Assembly: GCA_964371625.1 (NCBI GenBank)
Contig: CAYJMP010000001.1
Span: 1,492,601 to 1,556,600, forward strand
Source of the DNA: an uncultured Ignavibacteria bacterium
GTDB lineage: Bacteria > Zixibacteria > MSB-5A5 > WJJR01
Length of the DNA: 64,000 nt
Direction: 5' to 3'
The notes under the pieces were generated by a model. It worked only from the letters and a program-made list of their open reading frames with translations, searched no databases and was not told the origin of the DNA. The translations under genes and the position numbers were made by a program. This document shows, one piece after another, positions 37,301 to 46,508 of this stretch. Each line of letters begins with the position of its first letter. Positions within the stretch are counted from its first letter, which is position 1.

Positions 37301-38242
37301 CTACTTCGGTGGGCGAAATATCGGAATCTTGTCCGTATCGGCTTCGACATACTCGGACATCGAGTCCGATCCATCGAAGAGACGGTCGATGAGCGCCTCT
37401 TCGATATTGTTGGTGCTCTCGTCAGTCTCGGGAACAGTCATGGAATCGCTCGCCGCGGCGACACTCCCCGCCGCGTCCCGGACTTCAGCAATCGCGACGG
37501 TGATGTTGTCGTGACCACCGGCGGCATTCGCTGCTTCGATCAGGGCATCGATGGCTGACGTCGGATCGTCCGCGTGGCGCTTGACCACGGCCGCCATCTC
37601 GTCGTCGTCGATCGCGCCGCAAAGACCATCGGAGCAGAGGAGATACCAATCCCCCTGTGCCACCGGCATCACGGTGACATCTACCGAAACCACCGGCCGC
37701 GTCCCCAGCGCCCGCGTGATGATGTTGCGGTCGGGGAAAGTCCGTGCCTGCTCGGCCGTTATCTCGTTTTGCGCCAGAAGTTCGGCAACAAGCGAATGAT
37801 CGACTGTAATCGGTTCGAGTGCGCCGTTGCGGAAGAGATAGGCCCGGGAATCACCGACATGGCAGATCACGGCGCGTCCGGGAACAAACCGAGCGGCCAC
37901 GAGTGTCGTGCCCATCCCACGTGTGTGCTTTTGCGACTGTGCTGTCTGAAATACCCGACGATTCGCCAGACGTACCGCCCAGACCAAGTCTTCGGCCTCG
38001 CGAGGCAAAGACGACTCGTCGCCAGCGAGTGGAGATGGCGGACGTTCGAACTCCCCGACCCGCATCAGGTAAGCGGCGACCGTCTCGACAGCCCGCTGAG
38101 AAGCGACTTCTCCAGCGGCATGGCCCCCCATGCCGTCGCAAACAACCATGGTCTCACGCTCGGGAATGAGGCAGTAGCTGTCCTCATTGATCCGGCGGAC
38201 CCGGCCAATGTCGCTATCTCCGAATAGGGCCACAGTTGTCAT
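37301..38242 (-). CDS. PP2C-family Ser/Thr protein phosphatase
   Basis: LFGDSDIGRVRRINEDS, VVCDGMGGHAAGEVAS and LLCSDGL are conserved PP2C/Stp motifs; start at MTTVALF. Confidence 0.8.
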   Translation of the reverse strand: MTTVALFGDSDIGRVRRINEDSYCLIPERETMVVCDGMGGHAAGEVASQRAVETVAAYLMRVGEFERPPSPLAGDESSLPREAEDLVWAVRLANRRVFQTAQSQKHTRGMGTTLVAARFVPGRAVICHVGDSRAYLFRNGALEPITVDHSLVAELLAQNEITAEQARTFPDRNIITRALGTRPVVSVDVTVMPVAQGDWYLLCSDGLCGAIDDDEMAAVVKRHADDPTSAIDALIEAANAAGGHDNITVAIAEVRDAAGSVAAASDSMTVPETDESTNNIEEALIDRLFDGSDSMSEYVEADTDKIPIFRPPK

Positions 38243-38401
38243 AAGCGAAGGGGGCTTAATAATAGTCGCGGCCCGGTCCCACCTCAGGACCCGGCCGACA
38301 AACCTCCGCATAGATACTAAATCGGCATGCGGGAGGCAACCAATAGCGCCAGATGTATCCCTTTATCAATCAATGGACAACAATGCGATTGACTTGGGGA
38401 A

Positions 38402-39556
38402 TTACAGGGCGATGAGCAGAATAATTACCAGGAGAAGCAGGATTCCCACCCCGGCGACAATCCACCCCCAGCGCGGGATCTTGCCACTGGCACGTGGTTC
38501 ATCCAACGGGACAAAGGGATTCTCAGCCGCGCTGGCCTCACGGCGGCGACGGCGTACCACCGGTGGCTCTTCCGCCGCAAAATCACCCAATGCCGGGACT
38601 TCATGACGCGGCGCGGGCATCGGAGCCGCTGCCGGCTCAATCGGGCGAAGCGGAGGCTGTGGAGACGCTTGTCGAGGCTGCGGCACGGCCATGGCCGGAG
38701 CGGCTTCTCGACCCAGCTCGACTCTCAGCAACGTGCTTTCGCGTGACGAACGTATCTCGATCAGATCCTGCGCCCTCACTTCAACCCGTTGTCGCGGCGG
38801 AGCCGCATTCCCATTGACGAATGTCCCGGCCGCGCTGCCAGTATCCTCAACGTAGACGCGGTCGCCCACAACATGTACCGACGCATGCCGACGGGATACG
38901 CTGTTGTCGACATTCCCCTGTGCATCGAAGCGAATCACGATATCATTCTGACCGGATTCACGTCCGATCCGGGTCTCTCCCGATTTCAGATCCCAGTGCT
39001 GGCCCTTGAGTGGACCTGCGGTCGCAACCAGTCTCCCGACTCGCCGAACAAAGACGGTCCGTTCCATGTCCGCCGGACCAGCCGGCGCTGAGATACTCGG
39101 CGTCGTCGCAACTGCTGGCGCCGATGGTTGACTCGACTCCAATGGCGGCGGCAGATCGGGCTCAAGTGGTGGCGGCAAGGGCGGCTGACTCGCTGGGATC
39201 GCGGATTGTGCCATTGGCTGAACCGGAGCCGCAGATGCGGCCACGCCCAAGACTTCTCCAGGCAGATACTCGATTCTGACCTGATATCCTTCAATGCCGA
39301 GTATCGCCCCCTCGGGAATTTCGACTGGCCCCTCGACGGCGACGCCATTCAGGGTAAATGCCGGTATGCGCGAGATTGGCTCGACTTTATAGCGGTCGGC
39401 TGTTGAAGCGCGCACAAGGGCCGCCTGCTTAAGCGAGATCAGCAGGTCATCGATGACCACCTGCGCGGTGCGGGCAGAACCTAACTCGATGCGATCGCCA
39501 TGAGCATCGATTTGGCTCACCGGCTGGCCGTTGCGTGTGATCGAAAATCTGGGCAT
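38402..39556 (-). CDS. FHA-domain protein with Pro-rich linkers and C-terminal membrane anchor
   Basis: The second FHA-like region is TRIGRESGQNDIVI...VSRRHASVHVVGDRVYVEDTGSAAGTFVNG, with an additional N-terminal FHA-like segment. Pro-rich low-complexity linkers and a C-terminal TM WIVAGVGILLLLVIILLIAL. Confidence 0.65.
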   Translation of the reverse strand: MPRFSITRNGQPVSQIDAHGDRIELGSARTAQVVIDDLLISLKQAALVRASTADRYKVEPISRIPAFTLNGVAVEGPVEIPEGAILGIEGYQVRIEYLPGEVLGVAASAAPVQPMAQSAIPASQPPLPPPLEPDLPPPLESSQPSAPAVATTPSISAPAGPADMERTVFVRRVGRLVATAGPLKGQHWDLKSGETRIGRESGQNDIVIRFDAQGNVDNSVSRRHASVHVVGDRVYVEDTGSAAGTFVNGNAAPPRQRVEVRAQDLIEIRSSRESTLLRVELGREAAPAMAVPQPRQASPQPPLRPIEPAAAPMPAPRHEVPALGDFAAEEPPVVRRRRREASAAENPFVPLDEPRASGKIPRWGWIVAGVGILLLLVIILLIAL

Positions 39557-39589
39557 GGGGTCGATTATTCGTGAAATCCAACAGGTGTC

Positions 39590-40954
39590 TTACATCGGCT
39601 TCATCTTGAGTGTAATCTCTTTTGTCTTCCGGCCCTTCTTGACCCGTTCACCATTCGGCTTGGCGGACTCGAAACCGGTTCTCTCCGCCCACCAGTTATA
39701 ATCTCCGATCGGAACACGGGCCGTCAGGATGCCGTTCTCGTCGGTCGGCCCATAACGTACGGTGCGACCATCGTGTTTATCAACGCCAAACACTTCGGCC
39801 CCCGCCACGCGTTTTTTGCGCCCCTGTTTGACGACAAACCGCACCCAGGCCATCTCCTCGTCTTCCCCTCCCGGTTCCTCTTGACGAATCTTTGGCAGGG
39901 GACGCATCGCCACCGTGATCTCACTGGCAAATGCCGGCAAGAAGACCGTTGTGTCGGCATAGCCCGGGCAGGTCAGGAACATCTCCGAACCCCGCCCCTC
40001 TAGCAGGATATTGCGAGGCGTGGAAATGCCGTCATCCGGATTAATGACGTACTCCTGCCCTTGCCTCACCCAAGAGACACGAGCGTTGAGGTCCGAGAAG
40101 GGATTCTGCGCATCGACGGCGGCCAGCCAAACCGCCCGACTCAACACCGCGAAAATCGTCTCCCTACGGTCCTTGGCCGAGGACACCTCGATTATGGCAT
40201 CATCAAAAGGCGCCAAACGTAGCGTCAGCTTGTGATCCCCATACGGGATGGCCACGCGATCATCTGTTCGTCCGATCGGCACCGGATTGTTGTCGAGATA
40301 GATGTCCGCGCCGGCCGGAATCGAGGTGACACGAATGCGAGCGGCGAACACCCCGGTGAGTTGAGCCGGGGCTTCCGCGCTGGCCGATCGCCATTGCCAA
40401 TGCGTCGTGTCGGTTTCCTCGACAAGACCGACCAGCGGATTGAAACGCACCGGTTCCGAGGCTTCGCCCTCCAACTCGAATGAAACCTCGAGCGTATCGG
40501 TTGCCGGCACCGAGTAGCTCGCGATCTCGTAAGGACGTAAGGCACGACCATTGACGACCGGTTGGGCTCCCGAGGGGAGTGAGGTCAACTCAACTGGGAT
40601 CGAGAACACAAACTCGGGAAACACTGGTATCGGCCCATCCTCCGGCACGATCAAGAGAGTCTCCACAGGGGCCAATTCGGCGTGTTCAAGGCGGATCCTG
40701 AGTATGCCCGGATCGAAGGACTCGTATTTATACGGCGTCGAACCGACCAGAGAATTATTGATGTACACCTCGGCCCGCGAGGGGATGCTGCGGATCACAT
40801 AGGGCGATCCATCATCGACTTCCACCACATCCGCTTCCCCCTCGGCCACATGCGGTCCTGCCGGGCCGAAGTACTTAACCGCAGAGACGATAAGCAAAAT
40901 CACTGCCGCCAGGATGACCGACAACCACACAACCGATTTCGTCTGCTCGCTCAT
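39590..40954 (-). CDS. Membrane-anchored PEGA-domain protein
   Basis: N-terminal TM VVWLSVILAAVILLIVSAV. PEGA-like motifs are IRSIPSRAEVYINNSLVGSTPY and VTSIPAGADIYLDNNPVPIGRTD. Confidence 0.55.
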   Translation of the reverse strand: MSEQTKSVVWLSVILAAVILLIVSAVKYFGPAGPHVAEGEADVVEVDDGSPYVIRSIPSRAEVYINNSLVGSTPYKYESFDPGILRIRLEHAELAPVETLLIVPEDGPIPVFPEFVFSIPVELTSLPSGAQPVVNGRALRPYEIASYSVPATDTLEVSFELEGEASEPVRFNPLVGLVEETDTTHWQWRSASAEAPAQLTGVFAARIRVTSIPAGADIYLDNNPVPIGRTDDRVAIPYGDHKLTLRLAPFDDAIIEVSSAKDRRETIFAVLSRAVWLAAVDAQNPFSDLNARVSWVRQGQEYVINPDDGISTPRNILLEGRGSEMFLTCPGYADTTVFLPAFASEITVAMRPLPKIRQEEPGGEDEEMAWVRFVVKQGRKKRVAGAEVFGVDKHDGRTVRYGPTDENGILTARVPIGDYNWWAERTGFESAKPNGERVKKGRKTKEITLKMKPM

Positions 40955-41270
40955 TTCTCCTAAAGACACGTACAACTCCACCCCTCGGAAGTGCAACACT
41001 ACATCAAGATTCTCATTTCAACCAGTAGTACCCGCGAGGGGTGGTTTTTCGCCATCGCCGGGTCTGGAAATCGTGGGGAGATTTCGCGGGCCCCCGGCCA
41101 AGAATGGGGTTGTGAAGTTATTCACATCAGGCTGGGCTTGACCTTGTGTTTGGCCGAAGTATATTGAGAGTGGGCCAGTTCGGTCACTCACCGGCCCAAG
41201 CTTGCTGGTAAAGTAACTCCAGTTTGGTCCGACCAGAAGGTGGCGTTCCCTCACCCCGCTCTGCCGGAGG

Positions 41271-42992
41271 TTGTCGATGCAACTCCTTGATCCGCATGGA
41301 GGCGGTCGACGATTGATGCGTTCCGCAGTTGTGACGCTCATCGCCGGTTTTGTCACACAGGGCTCGCTTGCCGCTGACCCGGCAACGTCGCTGCTGGTGA
41401 TGGTCAATGAGATCTACTCCAACGGCGACGGCACCAAACAGTTTATCGAACTCATCGCCCTCTCCGAAGGTCAGACCAACTTCGCCCCGACCCACATCGA
41501 GGCGATCAACTCCGATGGCACCGATACAACCATGGTCTATGACTGGACCACGTCCTTCCCACAACTTGGCAACAACGAGACCGTCCTTCTGGCCACAGCC
41601 GCCGTCCAGGCTGAGCTCGGCTTCAACGTCGATCGCATAATTCCGAGCAATTCGATTTACCTCGTCGATGGCAAGATCGTCTTCGATCAGGACATCGGAG
41701 CCGCGATCGATGCCGTGGCCTATGGCGCGTACTCCGGGGACAATACCGGCTTCGGAACGCCGGCGCCGTCCCTGCCGACCAATGGCATTCAGTCCCTCAC
41801 CCGAATTCGCTATAGCTTCGTCACTCCCAATAACTCGACCGATTTCACTCATGCGGTAAACTCCCCGAAGCGCAATGACGGCGCGACCGGCACTCTGCAG
41901 GGAGATCCGTTGCCCCCGGTGTTGGCACCGATTGGGTCGCAAGGCGTGGAGGAGGGCCAACTGCTGAGTTTCGGTGTCAACGCCACCGACGGCAATGGGA
42001 CAACGCCAACCCTCATGGCTTTCGATGTGCCTATGGGGGCCAGCTTCAACGATCACGGGAATGGAAACGGTACCTTCAATTGGACTCCCACTTACTTGCA
42101 GGCGGTGATCGATACCGTGCTGTTCGTCGCGTCCGACGGCCAGTTGGCCGACTCTGAATACATTGAAATCACCGTCATCGAAGTGACCGACCCGCCCTTC
42201 GCCTACGACTCGCTCGCGACCACCACCGAGGACACGCCCTTTGCCGCTCAGCTACAGGCCAGCGATCCCGATGGCGACACTCTCATCTACAGTATTCTCT
42301 CCGGGCCGTATCGGGGGCAGGTGAGTGACTTGGACACATTGACCGGCTCATTCACCTACTCGCCGAGTCTCGACCTGACCGGCCCCGACTCGCTGGCTTT
42401 CCGCGTATTCGACCGTAATGTCTATTCCAACTCGGCCAGGTGGCGTGTCACCGTTACTCCGGTGAACGATCCTCCCGCGGCCGCCGATGTCGAAGCCAGC
42501 ACCGTAAAGAATTTCAGCGTCATGGTTGGCGCGATGCCCGTCTCCGATGTCGACAACAGCTCCTGGACCATCACCCATGTCGTCGGACCATTCAATGGCA
42601 CGGTCTCGAGTTTCAATGCCGCGACCGGATCATTCAATTATTCTCCCAGTTTGGATTATGTCGGCAACGATTCCGTAACGTATCGCGCTTCCGATGGTAC
42701 CGACACATCCGCGCATGCGCTTGTCCGTCTCACGATCTACCCCGAATGCGGCTGTCCGTGCCCCGGAGATCCCGCCTGTGACGGCGTGCGTTCCGATGTC
42801 CTCGACGTCGTCAGCACCATTGGCGTCGCCTTCCGCAATGTCGCAGCCGTCACCGACCCGACCTGCACCAGGGCGCGCACCGATGTCAACTGCACCGGTT
42901 CGACGGACGTCATCGATGTCGTGAAAGTTGTCGGTGTCGCCTTTCGCAATCTCGCCGCCGCCACCGAGTACTGCAATCCCTGCGCGCCGTAG
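41271..42992 (+). CDS. Secreted protein with N-terminal lamin-tail-like domain, tandem cadherin-like/tandem-95-type repeats and C-terminal Cys-containing dockerin-like module
   Basis: LVMVNEIYSNGDGTKQFIELIALS is an LTD-like motif. Repeats end in the ...TVTPVNDPP motif (DxDGDTLIYSI..GP..G.V...TGSFTYSPS). C-terminus: ECGCPCPGDPACDGVRSDVLDVVSTIGVAFRNVAAVTDPTCTRARTDVNCTGSTDVIDVVKVVGVAFRNLAAATEYCNPCAP. Confidence 0.6.
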   Translation: MSMQLLDPHGGGRRLMRSAVVTLIAGFVTQGSLAADPATSLLVMVNEIYSNGDGTKQFIELIALSEGQTNFAPTHIEAINSDGTDTTMVYDWTTSFPQLGNNETVLLATAAVQAELGFNVDRIIPSNSIYLVDGKIVFDQDIGAAIDAVAYGAYSGDNTGFGTPAPSLPTNGIQSLTRIRYSFVTPNNSTDFTHAVNSPKRNDGATGTLQGDPLPPVLAPIGSQGVEEGQLLSFGVNATDGNGTTPTLMAFDVPMGASFNDHGNGNGTFNWTPTYLQAVIDTVLFVASDGQLADSEYIEITVIEVTDPPFAYDSLATTTEDTPFAAQLQASDPDGDTLIYSILSGPYRGQVSDLDTLTGSFTYSPSLDLTGPDSLAFRVFDRNVYSNSARWRVTVTPVNDPPAAADVEASTVKNFSVMVGAMPVSDVDNSSWTITHVVGPFNGTVSSFNAATGSFNYSPSLDYVGNDSVTYRASDGTDTSAHALVRLTIYPECGCPCPGDPACDGVRSDVLDVVSTIGVAFRNVAAVTDPTCTRARTDVNCTGSTDVIDVVKVVGVAFRNLAAATEYCNPCAP

Positions 42993-43102
42993 CGCCCCCA
43001 GAAATTGCCAGGGCGGCCCGACGGGTCGCCCCTACAACCAACGTATGCTGCTATGGGTCTTCAAACCCATATCGTCACGGCGTCAAAGTGCCGCGACGCA
43101 TC

Positions 43103-44200
43103 CTAGTCGTCCAACTTGTAACCTTCGGGCACCTCGAAGGCGCCGGCTGGAACCGCGCTTGTTTCAATCCCGGTGACAGTCGTTGTCATCCAGAACATCG
43201 CACCCGCGGGGGCACCGGCGGGTTTCTCGTTTTTGGCTTCTTCCTTATCCTCGCCCGTATCCTTCTTGCCGAACAGCCCACCCAGCGCTTTAGCGGCCAT
43301 CCCTGATGGATCGCTGGGGCTCTCTTCGTTCTTGTCGGCCTGCTCGCCGTCTTCCTCTTCTTCCTGTTCCTTCTCGGCCTTCTCCGCTTCGGCCTCTGCT
43401 TGCGCCATGGCATCGCCGCCCATGCTGAAGCTCATCACCGTCTTCATCGCAAACCCTTCGAGCTTCTTGGCTTCCTCGGCGAGTTTCTCAGCGTCAACGC
43501 CGTACATCGCCAGCATCTTGGCCATCGACTGCCCGGCCCGGTCCGTCTCGTAACCCATCGCTCGCGCCATCTTGACTCCGAAGGCAGTGACCTCGTCCGA
43601 TCCCGGCACGTTCCTCGCTAGCATCATGTCCATCTTGACGTCGAGCGTGATCGAGTCGCCTGTCTCGCGATTGGTACCTTTGGTGGTCATGGTCATGATC
43701 GCCTGTTCGCATTCATAACCGGCGATCGTCTCTCTCTTCCCGGTCCGCGAGATGTCGAACTCCGGCTCCGAGAAGATGATCTCCGATGTGTCGATCGTGG
43801 GTTTCTGCTGTGCCATCGGGTCGGCGCTGCCGGACATCATCGCGCCCAGAGAATCCATCATCTGCCGCATCTCGGCGAATGTCATCTCCGTGTATTTCTT
43901 GTCCTTGTGGTTGACGTTCCAGATCAACTCTTTGTCGAGGCGCGTGATGGTCGTGGTCTGGATCGGTTTGCCGCCCCCGAACATCTTCATGAGTTTGTTT
44001 TCCATCTTTGTTTCGCTGTCGTTGGCCATCATGTCGCCGGAGTATGACTCGGACGATATCGTCGACGCCTTGAGCAGCCCGCCCATCCCGTCCATGAGCG
44101 AATTGCGCTTGATCGTCACATCGCCGTGCGCGGTCGCCTGCGAAACCGCGACCAATGCGATTCCAAGCAGCGCATGTCGCAGCCAAGTTCTCTTGAACAT
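43103..44200 (-). CDS. Secreted Met-rich protein with an acidic low-complexity segment (function unknown; Met-rich motifs are reminiscent of Cu(I)/Ag-binding periplasmic proteins)
   Basis: Signal peptide MFKRTWLRHALLGIALVAVSQATAHG. Met clusters are MMANDSETKMENKLMKMFGG, EMRQMMDSLGAMMSGSADPM and KMDMMLARN. An EAEAEKAEKEQEEEEDGEQ acidic stretch. Confidence 0.45.
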   Translation of the reverse strand: MFKRTWLRHALLGIALVAVSQATAHGDVTIKRNSLMDGMGGLLKASTISSESYSGDMMANDSETKMENKLMKMFGGGKPIQTTTITRLDKELIWNVNHKDKKYTEMTFAEMRQMMDSLGAMMSGSADPMAQQKPTIDTSEIIFSEPEFDISRTGKRETIAGYECEQAIMTMTTKGTNRETGDSITLDVKMDMMLARNVPGSDEVTAFGVKMARAMGYETDRAGQSMAKMLAMYGVDAEKLAEEAKKLEGFAMKTVMSFSMGGDAMAQAEAEAEKAEKEQEEEEDGEQADKNEESPSDPSGMAAKALGGLFGKKDTGEDKEEAKNEKPAGAPAGAMFWMTTTVTGIETSAVPAGAFEVPEGYKLDD

Positions 44201-44320
44201 CTATCCTCCCTGTGATTGTTGGTGAGCACCGTGGCGAACGGCGCCAAATTGCCCCACAAAGCCGCGCAACGCAAGACCCGTTTGGACCTTCTTGTTTCTG
44301 TCACAACGGAAGACGTCATC

Positions 44321-44462
44321 GCACTCTCCCCCTCTGGGGGAGATGTCGGCAGCGCGGCTCTATGCGCTGATGACAGAGAGGGCATCCCACGCGCCGATTG
44401 CCCTCTCTGTCATCGCGGCAAAAAGCGCCGCGATGACATCTCCCCCAAAGGGGGAGAGAGCG
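44321..44462. repeat. Large imperfect palindrome (about 140 bp) built from two TCTCCCCC-N3-GGGGGAGA hairpins and an inner GATGACAGAGAGGGCA/TGCCCTCTCTGTCATC inverted repeat
   Basis: The first hairpin is CTCTCCCCC-TCT-GGGGGAGAT; the second is CATCTCCCCC-AAA-GGGGGAGAG. It lies immediately 3' of the DUF559 gene. Confidence 0.45.
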
Positions 44463-44476
44463 AGTCTGCAGTCAAT

Positions 44477-44926
44477 CTATTTGAGTTGCTGTTTCCAGAG
44501 AGGTCGACAGACTTCCAGTATCCTCGCCATGACACCATCGAGGTTACTGACCACGTCGCCGTTCGCGAATCTAATGACCCTGTAGCCTTGCGTCATGAGC
44601 CAAGTTTGACGAGCCAAATCGTACTCGAACTGATTCTCATGCGACGAACCATCGAGTTCAATTACCGTCTTTGTCTCGTGATGATAGAAGTCGACAATGT
44701 ACGGGCCAATGGGATGTTGCCTGCGGAACTTAATCCCCTCGAGGCGATGAGCCCGCAGGCGCGACCAGACCAGACGCTCGATCGGGGAGGTCTCCTGCCG
44801 GAGTTCACGCGCTCGTTCCCACATACCAGGGGGAGTCCATGGTCGTTTGAATTTCGTTGGTCGCGGGTCGTCCATCACTCGATTCGTGCAGTTATGTAGG
44901 AACGCTTGCACCTGAGAGGCAATCAC
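44477..44926 (-). CDS. DUF559-family endonuclease-domain protein (Vsr/restriction-endonuclease-like fold)
   Basis: IKFRRQHPIGPYIVDFYHHETKTVIELDGSSHENQ...RQTWLMTQGYRVIRF matches the DUF559 signature. Confidence 0.65.
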   Translation of the reverse strand: MIASQVQAFLHNCTNRVMDDPRPTKFKRPWTPPGMWERARELRQETSPIERLVWSRLRAHRLEGIKFRRQHPIGPYIVDFYHHETKTVIELDGSSHENQFEYDLARQTWLMTQGYRVIRFANGDVVSNLDGVMARILEVCRPLWKQQLK

Positions 44927-44933
44927 TTTGAAG

Positions 44934-44958
44934 CACTCTCCCCCTTTGGGGGAGAGTG
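44934..44958. repeat. Third copy of the TCTCCCCC-N3-GGGGGAGA hairpin, just 5' of the DUF559 gene
   Basis: GCACTCTCCCCC-TTT-GGGGGAGAGTG; together with the 44321..44462 element it brackets the DUF559 gene. Confidence 0.45.
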
Positions 44959-45055
44959 TTCAGCCGCATGTAAGCCTGAAGAGGTATCACCCACATAACA
45001 AAAACCCCCGCCAACTCTCTGGCGGGGGTTCGAAATTTCAGAATCAGATCTCGAG

Positions 45056-46396
45056 TTACTTCAGAAGCACCATCTTCCGGATGTCGGACCGGCCATTCTG
45101 CAAAAGCCGCGAGAAGTAGATCCCCGACGACACCGGATTGCCATTCTCGTCGCGGCCATCCCACGCTTCGGTGTAGATGCCCGCTTCACGATGGCCGTCG
45201 ATCAATGTGCGCACCCGCTGTCCCAGCAGATTGCACACCGAAAGCGAGACCTGCCCGCTCTTATCCAGACCAAACGTGATGTTGGTCCCGGCGTTGAAGG
45301 GATTCGGGTAGTTTTGCGCCAGCGCAAACGAGTTCGGCAAGAGCCCGTGCCCGCCATCACCGATATCGGAAACCGTCTCGACCGTCAAGGTCGTCCAAGC
45401 GCCCGAATTCGCCGGGCCATAAGTGTCGGATGACACCTTGGCGCGCACTTCCACGTCTTGATTCGGCGTGCCTTCAGGGATTTCGATCTCCGCAACGATG
45501 GTCGCCGTTTCAGCAGGTTCGAGATTGAGGCCGAGACCCGCAACCGACTGGATGATGACATTCCACGCCGGATCCAACTCGATACTGACCGTGAAATTGC
45601 CCGCGATATTCCCCGTGTTGGTAATCGAGTACGTGATAAACGCCGAACTGCCGGCGCTGCCATTCTCAGCGGTCGGCCCCGTCAGCGTTATTCCGCTGGC
45701 GCTGGTCGCACCGACAATATCCGCCAACTTGCTGCAGCCAAATGAACCAGAAAATGTCACCGGTGCGTTGACAACCGTGGCCGCGAGACCGTTGATGCGA
45801 AACGCCAGCACTTCACCGGGGTCGGGCCCTTCATCTACCAACGGTGTTGATGGATCGTCCCCATAGGCGTGTCCCAGCCAACTACCCGCAGAGTTTGTGC
45901 GTGTCACCCCGCACAACTCACCTCCGACACTCTCAATTTCGATGACGTCGCCCGGGACAATGAGATCCGTCAGAAACGTCGTGCCGCCATCACTGTAATC
46001 GCAATATGAGAGCGGGTTATAGAAATAATCAGGCACGGCGGTCAGGCGAACAGTCGTGTTCGAGATCGGCTCTGGGAGATTGCGCACCACCACCGGGAAG
46101 TGGCTTGCCTGGAATACCCCGCCACCAAGATCGTCATTCCGCCACACGCGCAAATCGAACGTGGCCGGACCAATCGCACCCAGTGAGAAAGCTCCCTGAG
46201 CATTCGAACTGCCCGAAAGGAGGATGGTCCCGTCCGGGTAACTGTCCCATGCTTCGACGGTCGCCCCGGAGATCGCATTTCCGCTGCCATCTTGCACACG
46301 TCCTGCAATCTGAGACCACACAGCGGAAGGGGCCGCGAGAATCAATCCCGCTGCCAGCGTCGTTGCCAACCATTTCTGCCGCATTGTCTTGCTCAC
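45056..46396 (-). CDS. Secreted protein with type IX secretion C-terminal sorting domain (Por_Secre_tail)
   Basis: Signal peptide MRQKWLATTLAAGLILAAPSAVWSQ. The C-terminus LAQNYPNPFNAGTNITFGLDKSGQVSLSVCNLLGQRVRTLIDGHREAGIYTEAWDGRDENGNPVSSGIYFSRL...KMVLLK is a canonical T9SS type-A CTD. The exact start is uncertain among GTG/ATG candidates at 46384..46405. Confidence 0.7.
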   Translation of the reverse strand: MSKTMRQKWLATTLAAGLILAAPSAVWSQIAGRVQDGSGNAISGATVEAWDSYPDGTILLSGSSNAQGAFSLGAIGPATFDLRVWRNDDLGGGVFQASHFPVVVRNLPEPISNTTVRLTAVPDYFYNPLSYCDYSDGGTTFLTDLIVPGDVIEIESVGGELCGVTRTNSAGSWLGHAYGDDPSTPLVDEGPDPGEVLAFRINGLAATVVNAPVTFSGSFGCSKLADIVGATSASGITLTGPTAENGSAGSSAFITYSITNTGNIAGNFTVSIELDPAWNVIIQSVAGLGLNLEPAETATIVAEIEIPEGTPNQDVEVRAKVSSDTYGPANSGAWTTLTVETVSDIGDGGHGLLPNSFALAQNYPNPFNAGTNITFGLDKSGQVSLSVCNLLGQRVRTLIDGHREAGIYTEAWDGRDENGNPVSSGIYFSRLLQNGRSDIRKMVLLK

Positions 46397-46508
46397 TTCC
46401 ACCACCCCTTTTGAGTTTCGATCCCGCTGGCCCGTATTGGGCCAGCGGGATCGATGTCATACATACGGATTCAGTTCACGATCTACAACCCCGCAGACAA
46501 CGTGCCAA

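Noticed and set aside
44216-44899. 227-aa plus-strand ORF
   Set aside because: It runs through the palindromic repeat element and antisense across the DUF559 gene, which has a clear family signature on the minus strand.
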